Shown: positions 9,158 through 17,534, numbered from the stretch's first letter. The stretch: DNA of 64,000 nt from Clostridiales bacterium UBA7568 (GCA_002479075.1 DLLG01000004.1:373205-437204), one strand, 5' to 3'. Notes: generated from the letters alone by a model not told the origin. Program-made: numbers and translations.

Positions 9158-9246
9158 GCCGGAATGGCGGAATTGGCAGACGCCCGGGACTTAAAATCCC
9201 GTGAGGTTCACCCCTCGTACCGGTTCGACCCCGGCTTCCGGCACCA
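9158..9246 (+). tRNA. tRNA-Leu (anticodon UAA), type II with long variable arm, CCA encoded
   Basis: Acceptor gccggaa / ttccggc, anticodon loop cTTAAaa, T arm ggttcgacc, 3' ACCA. Confidence 0.9.
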
Positions 9247-9253
9247 ATAGTAT

Positions 9254-9331
<78 letters not shown>

Positions 9332-9333
9332 AA

Positions 9334-9473
9334 CAAAAAACAGCCCGTCGGGCTGTTTTTTTGTTTTCTTTGCGGTAAAGAAAAGGGATTTGAACGGGCT
9401 CGGTAGTGAATGAGGCGCCTGCGGCGCGTCAGAGCCGAGCCTGACCGAGCGGCGGCGAGCCGCGAGAATTCAA
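9334..9473. repeat. A-type ~140-bp repeat, copy 1 (terminator hairpin plus structured core)
   Basis: Matches 14740-14878 except at roughly ten positions. Contains the motif ctcgg-TAGTGAATGA-hairpin-TCAGAG-ccgag at 9399-9439. Confidence 0.9.
9335..9362. terminator. hairpin terminator after tRNA-Met (A run / T run, usable on either strand)
   Basis: aaaaaa-cagcccg-tc-gggctg-ttttttt. Confidence 0.75.
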
Positions 9474-9491
9474 ATCCCACCTCCGCAACCA
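9462..9491 (+). repeat. duplicate of the 3' end of the initiator tRNA (T loop + acceptor 3' strand + CCA)
   Basis: ttcaaatcccacctccgcaacca (9469-9491) is identical to 9309-9331. The preceding 7 nt are similar but cannot form a T stem. Confidence 0.9.
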
Positions 9492-9558
9492 TTGAACAGG
9501 TCCCAACTTTCCGACCACCGTAATACGGAGTCGGCAGTTGGGACTTTCGTTTATATGT

Positions 9559-9759
9559 CTATATGTTTTCAGACTCCGTTTCAAATTGAAGCGGAGTTTT
9601 TATGTCCAATTTTCTGTGCGGACGCTCTTCATTGAAAAAATGAATGTATTCTTTGACGACTGCTTCCAATTTAAGCGGTGCTTGATATATTGCGTGATTG
9701 CGTTCATAGTACTTTATAACGGCATCTTTGAATTCTTGCGTGTGGATTTTGGGTGACAT
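9559..9759 (-). pseudogene. C-terminal remnant of an IS3-family (rve) transposase
   Basis: ..LEAVVKEYIHFFNEERPHRKLDIKTPLQFE resembles the conserved C-terminal tail of IS3 OrfB proteins. The ORF is only 66 aa with no catalytic domain upstream in frame. A long hairpin (9500-9546) follows it. Confidence 0.5.
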
Positions 9760-10259
9760 TTTGACCTCTCGGTGATTAATATATCACACAGGAGAGATAC
9801 TGTCGGTTCAGCAGTTGTAAAAAACAACTCCATAATCAAAAGAGCTTTCTGAGCCAGAATATGTACGATGCTGATCGCACCTTCATACTCTCGCAGAATT
9901 TGTGCAACAATCTGTTGCACAAATTCTATGACAGCATCGTCCGTCAAATGGTGGAATGCATCAAGGTATATGCCAATAAGTACATCGAGGTTATCTTCGG
10001 CGGCGGGTATGCGGTGGAAGAAACGGTGGAATAAGTAAAAAAGCAACCTGTACCGACAAGATGGTCGATACAGATTGCTTTTTTCATATTGGAGCGGTCC
10101 TATATAACGCAAATACTCTCCGGCAACGGTTTGGGTCTTGCCATTAAAAGATAAATTGTGGATCTGCACGGAAAAACGATTGGTATTCCCCAATCTGATA
10201 AAGAAGTATGGTTTATTAGGTGTGGTTGCCTTCGGGGGATAATCAATATACAATATCAA
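9714..10259 (-). pseudogene. 181-aa ORF of unknown origin, probably a gene fragment
   Basis: TTG start with no SD, overlaps the IS3 remnant in another frame, and I recognise no motif. Kept only because a 181-codon ORF in lower-GC DNA is unlikely by chance. Confidence 0.25.
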
Positions 10260-10351
10260 AACCAGTGTAGCATATCGGCGCCTACGCTATGTTTTTCTTC
10301 GTTATATTCTTAAAATTCAGAAAACAGTCAAATTCTATTTTCGAAAATCTA

Positions 10352-10380
10352 TTGACAACCTTCATTGACGATAGTATAAT
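10352..10380 (+). promoter_or_regulatory. consensus promoter of the MarR-ABC exporter operon
   Basis: TTGACA 10352-10357, 17-nt spacer, TATAAT 10375-10380. Confidence 0.7.
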
Positions 10381-10424
10381 AATGAATGTTCTAATATTAG
10401 AGTTTCTATGATTGGAGGGTGAAT

Positions 10425-10892
10425 ATGAATAATTGGAACTTCACAGCGTCCAGGATGTTCAACAGTGCGAACCGATTTATTGAAGCGTATCATACTGCGC
10501 TTCAGCCGATCTGCAAGGATACGGGGCTACCGCCTATGGCTGTTGATATTCTGATGTTTCTTGCAAACAATCCAGACAGCAATACGGCGGGAGATATCTG
10601 CCGGTGTCGCGGACTGAAAACCGGAATCGTATCGGTACATGTTGACCGACTTGTTAATGAGGGACTGCTTCTGCGGCAGGATATTCCGGGTGACCGGAGA
10701 AAAACACGGCTCGTCTGCACGGAAGCAGCAAACGGCGTCATTGAAAAGGGTCGCGAGGTGCAAAAGAACTTCGCGCAAAGGCTACTCGTCGGGATGTCGG
10801 ACACGGATATTGAAGTATTCCAACACTGCTTGACCGTTCTCGGCGAAAATATTGACGAGATCCGCAAAAACGGGTTTTCAACGAAAGAATAA
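10425..10892 (+). CDS. MarR family transcriptional regulator
   Basis: ATG 10425 follows GGAGGG. Winged-HTH region PMAVDILMFLANNPDSNTAGDICRCRGLKTGIVSVHVDRLVNEGLLLRQDIPGDRRKTRL. Confidence 0.85.
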   Translation: MNNWNFTASRMFNSANRFIEAYHTALQPICKDTGLPPMAVDILMFLANNPDSNTAGDICRCRGLKTGIVSVHVDRLVNEGLLLRQDIPGDRRKTRLVCTEAANGVIEKGREVQKNFAQRLLVGMSDTDIEVFQHCLTVLGENIDEIRKNGFSTKE

Positions 10893-10908
10893 AAAATAGG
10901 AGATAACT

Positions 10909-12663
10909 ATGTTCAAGTTACTGAAAAATATGCGCCGGAAAGAAAAGATGATGGCGTTGATTTGTCTTTTATTTGTTGTGGTTCAGGTTTACTTTGACCT
11001 GCGTCTTCCGGATTATATGACCGAGCTGACTATGCTCATCAAAACCTCCGGCACCACATCGGATATTGTGAATGTCGGGTTGAAAATGCTCGGTTGCACG
11101 ATGGCGAGCGCCGTACTTGCGATCGCCTGCGGCTTTCTTGCCGCAAAGACCGCATCCGGCTTCAGCTTTGCCGTGCGAGACAAACTGTTCCGCCATGTCA
11201 TTGACATCGGCAGCGAGGAAATGCAAGACTTTTCCATTCCAAGCCTGATTACCCGAACCACCAACGACATCACACAGATTCAGATGATTGTTGCAATGGG
11301 ACTGCAAATGATGATAAAAGCACCCATTATGGCAGTATGGGCAATCATCAAGATTCTCGGAAAGAGCTGGGAACTTTCTGCCGTAACTGCCGCATTCGTT
11401 GTGGTGCTGTTCGTTACGGTCTTGCTGATTATGAGCACTTGTATTCCGCGTTTCCGCCTTGTGCAGAAAATGACCGATAAAATCAACCGCGTTGCCCGTG
11501 AAAACCTGACTGGCATCAATGTGGTACATGCATTCAACGCCGAAGATTTTCAGAACGAAAAGTTTGACGGTCCGAGCCGCGGCATGATGGAGCTGCAAAT
11601 GAAAAACCAAAAGCTGTTTGCGCTGGTGCAGCCGACGATGATGCTTGGAATGAACGGGCTGGCGCTGGCGATCTATTGGCTCGGTGCGGCGCTCGTGAGC
11701 AATATCGCGGTCACCGATATGAGCGCCCGGCTTACGATGTTCAGCGAAGTGTTGGTATTCAGCACCTATGCGACCTATGTTGTGATGTCGTTCATGATGC
11801 TGGCGATGATCTTCATGCTGCTGCCGCAGGCACAGGTATCTGCGGAGCGTATCAATGAGGTGCTGAATCGCAGCGCCTCGATCCGTGAGGGCAGCATCCG
11901 AAACGGGAAAGAAACCGGAACGGTTGAATTTCGGAATGTGTCTTTTCGCTATCCCCATGCATCCGAGGATGAACTGACCGATATTGATTTTAAGGTGAAC
12001 AAGGGTGAAACCTTGGCGATCATCGGTGCGACCGGCAGCGGCAAGACCACCTTGGTCAGCCTGATTCCGCGCTTTTATGACGCAACAAATGGCGAGGTGT
12101 TGGTAGACGGCGTGAATGTCAAAGACTATACATTTGACGCACTGTACGATAAGCTGGGATATGTCACGCAGAAAGCGGTTCTGTTCTCCGGGACCATACA
12201 GGATAATGTGCTTTTCGGTGAAAGTGCCGACGATGCGGACGGGACAAGGCTGAACGACGCAATCGAGCTTTCGCAGGCAAAGGAATTCGTTGACAAATTG
12301 CCTGAAGGTACGGAATACGAGATCGCACAGCTCGGCCGCAATGTGTCCGGCGGTCAGAAACAGCGCCTTTCCATTGCCCGTGCGCTTGCACGAAAGCCCG
12401 AAATTCTGATCTTTGACGACTCGTTCTCGGCACTTGACTATCGAACCGATGCAAAGCTGCGCGAGGGCTTGAATGAACAGCTTCACGGAACCACAAAGAT
12501 CATCGTCGCTCAGCGTATCAGCACAATCCGCCACGCAGACAGAATCATCGTTCTTGACCGCGGTGAGATGGTCGGAATGGGTACACACGAAGAACTGATG
12601 CAGAACTGCGAGGTCTACCGTGAAATCGCCACATCGCAGCTCAGCGCATCCGAGCTTGCATAA
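10909..12663 (+). CDS. ABC transporter ATP-binding/permease protein (half-transporter, multidrug-exporter type)
   Basis: N-terminal 6-TM domain. Walker A GATGSGKTT, signature VSGGQKQRLSIARAL, Walker B ILIFDDSFSALD. Confidence 0.9.
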   Translation: MFKLLKNMRRKEKMMALICLLFVVVQVYFDLRLPDYMTELTMLIKTSGTTSDIVNVGLKMLGCTMASAVLAIACGFLAAKTASGFSFAVRDKLFRHVIDIGSEEMQDFSIPSLITRTTNDITQIQMIVAMGLQMMIKAPIMAVWAIIKILGKSWELSAVTAAFVVVLFVTVLLIMSTCIPRFRLVQKMTDKINRVARENLTGINVVHAFNAEDFQNEKFDGPSRGMMELQMKNQKLFALVQPTMMLGMNGLALAIYWLGAALVSNIAVTDMSARLTMFSEVLVFSTYATYVVMSFMMLAMIFMLLPQAQVSAERINEVLNRSASIREGSIRNGKETGTVEFRNVSFRYPHASEDELTDIDFKVNKGETLAIIGATGSGKTTLVSLIPRFYDATNGEVLVDGVNVKDYTFDALYDKLGYVTQKAVLFSGTIQDNVLFGESADDADGTRLNDAIELSQAKEFVDKLPEGTEYEIAQLGRNVSGGQKQRLSIARALARKPEILIFDDSFSALDYRTDAKLREGLNEQLHGTTKIIVAQRISTIRHADRIIVLDRGEMVGMGTHEELMQNCEVYREIATSQLSASELA

Positions 12664-12676
12664 GGAGGGATGAAAA

Positions 12677-14455
12677 ATGAAGAAAAAAGACAATCAAAAA
12701 GGCATCCGTTCCGCCATTCCGAGAATATCCGGCTATTTGCGTTCCAGCATGGGAATCATTATCGTCGCCTTAATCCTTGCGGCACTCAGTGCCGTTATGA
12801 CAATCATCGGTCCTGATAAGATCGGTCGGATTGCAACGCTGATGTCGGATGGTATTACCGGCAGTATCGACCTTGCGGCAATCGCAAAAATCGGTATTTC
12901 TCTTGCAGTCATCTATATACTCAGCGCACTTTTCAGCTTTATTCAGCACTACACGATGTCTGTCGTCACTCTGAAAATGTCCTACCGTATGCGCGGCGAG
13001 CTGTCTGAGAAGATCAACAAAGTACCGCAGAAGTATTTCAACACCACCTCGCAGGGTGACATTCTCAGCCGCATCACAAACGATGTGTCCACTTTGCAGC
13101 AGGGGCTGACGAACAGTATGCCGACGATCATCAGCGCCGCAACGCAGTTTGTCGGCTGTCTGATCATGATGTTCGTCACCGAATGGCGGCTTGCCCTCAT
13201 TTCCATCGGCGTGACCGTTATCGGTATGTTCCTGACAGTGCTTATCATGTCGAGATCACAGCGTTTCTTCGCAGCGCGGCAAAAGAGCCTTGGTGCGCTG
13301 AACGGGTATGTGGAGGAAATGTATTCCGGTCATGAGGTTGTGCGGATCAGCCGTGCCGAGCGTAAGGTCTGTGCAAAGTTTGACACGCTCAATGCCGCGG
13401 TATACGACGCAAACTGGAAGTCGCAGTTTCTCTCCGGCATGATGCAGCCGCTCATGAACATTATCGGCAACATTGCCTATGTCGCTGTCTGCGTCTTCGG
13501 TTCGGTTCTTGCCATAAACGGCACGATTGAGTTCGGCGTGATCGTTTCCTTCATCCTCTATGTTCGCCTGTTTACCTCGCCGCTGACGCAAATTGCTCAG
13601 GGCATGACCAATATGCAGACAGCATCTGCCTCCGCACACCGCATTTTCGACTTTCTTGAAAGCGAAGAAATGCCCGATGAAAGAGGGAAAACGACCGCTC
13701 TTACCGATGTTCACGGCACGGTCAGCTTTGAGCACGTCCGCTTCAGCTACCCCGATACGCCCGATAAGATAATTATCAAGGATTTCTCCGCCAATGTGCA
13801 TCCCGGTCAGAAGGTTGCTATCGTCGGCCCGACCGGTGCCGGAAAAACAACGATGGTCAACCTGCTGATGCGCTTCTTTGAGATCAACAGCGGAACAATC
13901 AAAATTGACGGTGTTCCGATCTCCGAAATGAGCCGTGAAAATGTGCATAAGTTGTTCAGCATGGTTTTGCAGGACACATGGCTCTTTGAGGGAACGGTCA
14001 GAGAAAACCTCGTCTATAACATGGAGGGTATTACCGACGCGCAGCTTGAAGAAGTCTGCCGAGCCTGCGGACTGGACAAATTCATTCACACGCTGCCGCA
14101 GGGTTTTGACACCGTTCTTTCTGAAAGCGCTAGCATCTCCGCCGGACAAAAGCAGCTTCTCACCATCGCCCGCGCTATGTTACAGAATGCGCCGATGCTC
14201 ATTCTTGACGAAGCCACTTCTTCGGTCGATACCCGTACCGAGCTTCTGATCCAGCGGGCAATGGATGAACTCACGAAAGGGCGCACAAGCTTTGTGATCG
14301 CACACCGCCTTTCCACCATCAAAAACGCCGACCTGATTCTTGTTATGTGCGACGGTGATGTGATCGAGAGCGGAACGCACGAGGAACTGATGCGGCGCGG
14401 CGGATTCTACGCCGATCTTTACAACAGCCAGTTTGAGGATAAAATTGCTTCGTAA
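12677..14455 (+). CDS. ABC transporter ATP-binding/permease protein (heterodimer partner)
   Basis: RBS AAGGAGGG. Walker A GPTGAGKTT, signature ISAGQKQLLTIARAM, Walker B MLILDEATSSVD. Confidence 0.9.
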   Translation: MKKKDNQKGIRSAIPRISGYLRSSMGIIIVALILAALSAVMTIIGPDKIGRIATLMSDGITGSIDLAAIAKIGISLAVIYILSALFSFIQHYTMSVVTLKMSYRMRGELSEKINKVPQKYFNTTSQGDILSRITNDVSTLQQGLTNSMPTIISAATQFVGCLIMMFVTEWRLALISIGVTVIGMFLTVLIMSRSQRFFAARQKSLGALNGYVEEMYSGHEVVRISRAERKVCAKFDTLNAAVYDANWKSQFLSGMMQPLMNIIGNIAYVAVCVFGSVLAINGTIEFGVIVSFILYVRLFTSPLTQIAQGMTNMQTASASAHRIFDFLESEEMPDERGKTTALTDVHGTVSFEHVRFSYPDTPDKIIIKDFSANVHPGQKVAIVGPTGAGKTTMVNLLMRFFEINSGTIKIDGVPISEMSRENVHKLFSMVLQDTWLFEGTVRENLVYNMEGITDAQLEEVCRACGLDKFIHTLPQGFDTVLSESASISAGQKQLLTIARAMLQNAPMLILDEATSSVDTRTELLIQRAMDELTKGRTSFVIAHRLSTIKNADLILVMCDGDVIESGTHEELMRRGGFYADLYNSQFEDKIAS

Positions 14456-14706
14456 AATCGAATTGAAACACAGTCAAGGCGACATAGGCTCACAGATGCT
14501 CCCTGTGAGTCTAACGAAAAAAACAAGCGTTGAGACCGACGCAAACCTTGGATATCGGCACTTGCTTTTTCCTTTTGTTCAAAGGAAGTTGAGATATCTT
14601 TTTCGGTTGACTGCGTTTTTCCGCCTTTCTTATTTCTGCCGATCAAAATCAGTGAAAAAAGTATCAAAAAGCACCGAAATCCCTTATATCATAAGGATTT
14701 TCAGGT

Positions 14707-14740
14707 GATATCTTTTTCAGCGGTGCGATACAAACAAAGC
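14707..14740. repeat. E-box, copy 1 (34-nt conserved box preceding a terminator hairpin)
   Basis: gatatctttttcagcggtgcgatacaaacaaagc compared with 17341-17375 gatatctttttcagtagcgcgattcaaacaaaagc. A third partial copy, gagatatctttttcgg, lies near 14600. Confidence 0.8.
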
Positions 14741-14878
14741 AAAAAACAGCCCGTCGGGCTGTTTTTTGTTTTCTTTACCGCAAAGAAAAGGGATTTGAAC
14801 GGGCTCGGTAGTGAATGAGGCGCCTGTGGCGTGTCAGAGCCGAGCCTGACTGAGCGGCGGCGAGCCGCGAGAATTCAA
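14740..14878. repeat. A-type ~140-bp repeat, copy 2
   Basis: Direct repeat of 9334-9473. The small hairpin ctttaccgcaaag (14773-14785) is the exact reverse complement of ctttgcggtaaag (9368-9380). The motif is at 14804-14844. Confidence 0.9.
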
Positions 14879-14908
14879 CCCCTTTTCAAATTTTAACTTG
14901 TTACATAT

Positions 14909-15050
14909 GTGCTTCTGTTTTGCGTGCGATGGGTATGAATGCACAAAGACAGGGTTATGAGCCCGAAGGGCGAGTAACTCGGAGGGGGAGGCGGTAGTGA
15001 ATGACAGCCTTGGAGGGCTGTCAGAGCCGCCGAACCGACCGCAGCATTTT
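14909..15050. repeat. D-type ~142-bp repeat, copy 1
   Basis: Matches 17391-17534 with about five differences. Carries ggcgg-TAGTGAATGA-hairpin-TCAGAG-ccgcc (14990-15031). Carries gggttatgagcccga (14952-14966), the exact reverse complement of the initiator tRNA anticodon arm at 9281-9295. Confidence 0.9.
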
Positions 15051-15073
15051 CCTATGCAGAGAAAATGCAAGAA

Positions 15074-15192
15074 CGTGAGGTTCAAATCCTTCTCGCCTGC
15101 GGGCTCGGTCACCGTACTGCTCTAAAGTGCCAAAGGGCACTTTATTCACCACCGTACGGCCGTTCCGCCTTGCTCCACTACCTCCGCAACCA
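15074..15192 (+). pseudogene. split copy of the initiator-tRNA 3' half (T arm ... acceptor 3' strand + CCA) interrupted by about 84 nt
   Basis: cgtgaggttcaaatcc (15074-15089) is identical to 9302-9317. acctccgcaacca (15180-15192) is identical to 9319-9331. The intervening 15090-15173 contains the hairpin aaagtgcc-aaag-ggcacttt. Confidence 0.8.
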
Positions 15193-15226
15193 AAAAATCC
15201 TCACTCATATGAGTGAGGATTTTTTT
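15192..15226. terminator. strong bidirectional terminator
   Basis: aaaaaa-tcctcactc-atat-gagtgagga-tttttt. Lies downstream of the split tRNA fragment (+) and of the hydrolase gene (-). Confidence 0.8.
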
Positions 15227-15300
15227 ATTACTCTTTGTTTTTCGCTCCTTTTAGCGCCCGTTTTTCTGAGGCGGAAAGTGCGATGATTTTACGCACCTTT

Positions 15301-16317
15301 TCATCGTTCTCCTTTAATAAAATTGGCAAAGTTGGAAATCAGCTCGCTTGGAAAATCAACTTGAGTATATATTGACGCAGGGTCTGTGGTGTCGATCCTA
15401 TATCCGAAATGACTTATATCGTCGTATACACATATGGATACGTTTGCTGAATCAGAGAAAAGCACTTGCCACAGCTCAATATCTTCATCGAAGGATTGCT
15501 TGTCAGATTTACTGTTAATGATAAGTGTTTTTATATTAGCGTCAGCAATGTTTTTGGCGGTATCCATTTGATTATAGGACACCCAATAATAATCGCTTGC
15601 GCTGTAATAGTAGTATCCTTTTGTAGAGATAGCTGTTACATTTTTAGCGGCTGTTGCATAAGCGATATAGGACTCTTTATTGGCAGGATCAAGCGCAGAA
15701 TATTGATTGCAAGCGATATCTGCAAGATGCCGTGCAGAGCTGTTGAATAGAATGATTCCGTTAATGTCTTCGATGCTTGCAGCAAGCTCGGCAGCAATCT
15801 GTCCTCCAAGGCTGTGACCGAGTAAATACAATCCCGAAACATTTTGTGATTTCAAGTATTCAACGGCGATATTACAATCATCGAGATACTCTTCTTCGAT
15901 GCCGCACTTTATATCGAATTCGGCAGTATAGCTGAAGGTTCTTTTGTCAACTCGCAGAGAATTGATGCCTTCTTTAGCCAGCCCATCGGCAATATCCTTA
16001 AACGGCTTCAATACGCCGAGAGTTTCATCATAATCATTTGGACCGGAGCCCGCAATTAAAAGCACCGCAGGATGCACATTTCCGTCGTTAATATAGGTAT
16101 AAGCAGCGTTTAACTTATAGCCGTCACTTTTTAAAACAAATTTCTTTTCTTCAATACTGTTGCTTTGGGGGGGAGTACCTTGATCGGGAATATTTGTTGA
16201 TTTATCTGCGCTCGACTCGGTATTATCACTTGTTTCTTTCGTATCGGGCACTTCTGTATTGCATCCGGACAGAACAAAGATACACAAAAGTAAGATAATA
16301 GCTATGAATTTTTTCAT
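15301..16317 (-). CDS. alpha/beta hydrolase lipoprotein
   Basis: ATG 16317 with RBS GAGGTG. Signal peptide MKKFIAIILLLCIFVLSGC carries a lipobox. Nucleophile elbow GHSLGG. Confidence 0.8.
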   Translation of the reverse strand: MKKFIAIILLLCIFVLSGCNTEVPDTKETSDNTESSADKSTNIPDQGTPPQSNSIEEKKFVLKSDGYKLNAAYTYINDGNVHPAVLLIAGSGPNDYDETLGVLKPFKDIADGLAKEGINSLRVDKRTFSYTAEFDIKCGIEEEYLDDCNIAVEYLKSQNVSGLYLLGHSLGGQIAAELAASIEDINGIILFNSSARHLADIACNQYSALDPANKESYIAYATAAKNVTAISTKGYYYYSASDYYWVSYNQMDTAKNIADANIKTLIINSKSDKQSFDEDIELWQVLFSDSANVSICVYDDISHFGYRIDTTDPASIYTQVDFPSELISNFANFIKGER

Positions 16318-16322
16318 TCGTC

Positions 16323-17024
16323 TCACCTCGTATTCAAGTCATAATATCCAAGCCAAAGTCCGTCAATTTTCCCACCGTGGAATACGTATGTGATTTTAAG
16401 ACCAAGTTTTGAATATCTGACAAAGCAATATAATTTGTTTGAAAATCTATCATCCGCAACTGTTCTGTCAACCGAAAGATATTCACCAAGTGGGGCTAAT
16501 GTATCCTTACGCACTACAATATATACATCTTTCGGCATATATTCTGCCAAGTGAGGACTTAAATACTCGTAGAGAGTATCGGTAGCTCCGCTTAAAATAG
16601 CGTCTGTGCAAATTCGCGCGATTTCTTTTTCTTCGGTATTCATTACGGAAGAAAGTTGCCAATCCTCAGCAAAGATGTCTTTACCGGATTCAAGCGCGGA
16701 TAAAGCTTCATTCAAGAGGTTGATTTCGCGTATGCGAGATTCAATAGAGGCGTATATTTCCGCACGTTTGGAAAGGACTGCATCTTTCAAATCTATTCCT
16801 TTGGTTTGCAACTCTGCAATTGCCTTTACGGATAGTCCCAATGTACGAAGAACAAGAACATTTTTAATACGAGAAATTTGTTTTTCGGTATATTGTCGGC
16901 GAGATGAGATCCCAACGGTCGTACTTTGAATGATACCTTTTTCTTCATAAAAGCGAAGTGTTCTTGATGTGGTGTCAAGCATCTTGCAAACTTCTGTAAT
17001 ATCGTATAGAGATTTTTGATACAT
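16323..17024 (-). CDS. MerR family transcriptional regulator
   Basis: N-terminal HTH YDITEVCKMLDTTSRTLRFYEEKGII, followed by a coiled-coil and an effector domain. RBS GGGGGTGAGGA. Confidence 0.85.
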   Translation of the reverse strand: MYQKSLYDITEVCKMLDTTSRTLRFYEEKGIIQSTTVGISSRRQYTEKQISRIKNVLVLRTLGLSVKAIAELQTKGIDLKDAVLSKRAEIYASIESRIREINLLNEALSALESGKDIFAEDWQLSSVMNTEEKEIARICTDAILSGATDTLYEYLSPHLAEYMPKDVYIVVRKDTLAPLGEYLSVDRTVADDRFSNKLYCFVRYSKLGLKITYVFHGGKIDGLWLGYYDLNTR

Positions 17025-17041
17025 ATCCTCACCCCCTCTGT

Positions 17042-17072
17042 ATTATATCACTTGACGCAGCGTCAATGTCAA
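17042..17072 (-). promoter_or_regulatory. MerR-type promoter with 19-bp spacer filled by a perfect palindrome
   Basis: On the minus strand, TTGACA (17072-17067), a 19-nt spacer, then TATAAT (17047-17042). The spacer contains TTGACGC-t-GCGTCAA (17052-17066), a 7-1-7 palindrome. Confidence 0.7.
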
Positions 17073-17340
17073 GTGAAAATATTACTTTAATAGAGCTTTC
17101 AAGTATAGAAAAACTATTGACAATACCGAACCTTCGCTAAAATGAAAAAATAGTAAGCCGGCGCCTGCTTCCGGTACTATTATATCACAAAGTAGGGAGG
17201 CATTCCTGGGATATATGAGATTAACTGCTGGCTAAAAAACATAGCAAAAGGACAATTGACGCCGTGGATAAAGCGTGCGAGGGCTGTGTAGCGAACCTAA
17301 AAATGGCAGGTATTCGGTAATGCCTTCCGGATTTGAAAGC

Positions 17341-17375
17341 GATATCTTTTTCAGTAGCGCGATTCAAACAAAAGC
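17341..17375. repeat. E-box, copy 2, followed by hairpin 17371-17398
   Basis: See 14707-14740. The hairpin here is aaagcacc-gtcgaaaggga-ggtgcttt. It differs in sequence from the 14741-14767 hairpin but sits in the same position. Confidence 0.8.
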
Positions 17376-17390
17376 ACCGTCGAAAGGGAG

Positions 17391-17534
17391 GTGCTTTTGT
17401 TTTGCGTGCGAGAGGGTATGAATGCACAAAGACAGGGTTATGAGCCCGAATGGCGAGTAACTCGGAGGGGGAGGCGGTAGTGAATGACAGCCTTGGAGGG
17501 CTGTCAGAGCCGCCGAACCGACTGCAGCATTTTT
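17391..17534. repeat. D-type repeat, copy 2
   Basis: Direct repeat of 14909-15050. The motif is at 17473-17514 and the antisense anticodon-arm segment at 17435-17449. Confidence 0.9.

Noticed and set aside
14890-15226. Possibility that the T-arm + acceptor + CCA + terminator region is a tmRNA (ssrA) or another tRNA-like housekeeping RNA.
   Set aside because: There is no 5' GGGG acceptor partner, no G3-U70 pair, no tag reading frame and no pseudoknot pattern. The T arm is interrupted by 84 nt, and the acceptor sequence is that of the neighbouring initiator tRNA.
14834-15286. ORFs 14834..15112 (-), 15065..15286 (+), 17221..17427 (-) and 17364..17594 (-), all inside the repeat/tRNA-fragment region.
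   Set aside because: They run across terminator hairpins and tRNA-derived sequence and have no SD. The repeat copies differ by indels that would not preserve a reading frame.
9334-17534. Possibility that the A and D repeats are integron attC sites.
   Set aside because: No intI-type integrase gene is present. There are no RYYYAAC / GTTRRRY core sites at the repeat ends. The cassettes carry their own promoters and regulators, unlike integron cassettes.
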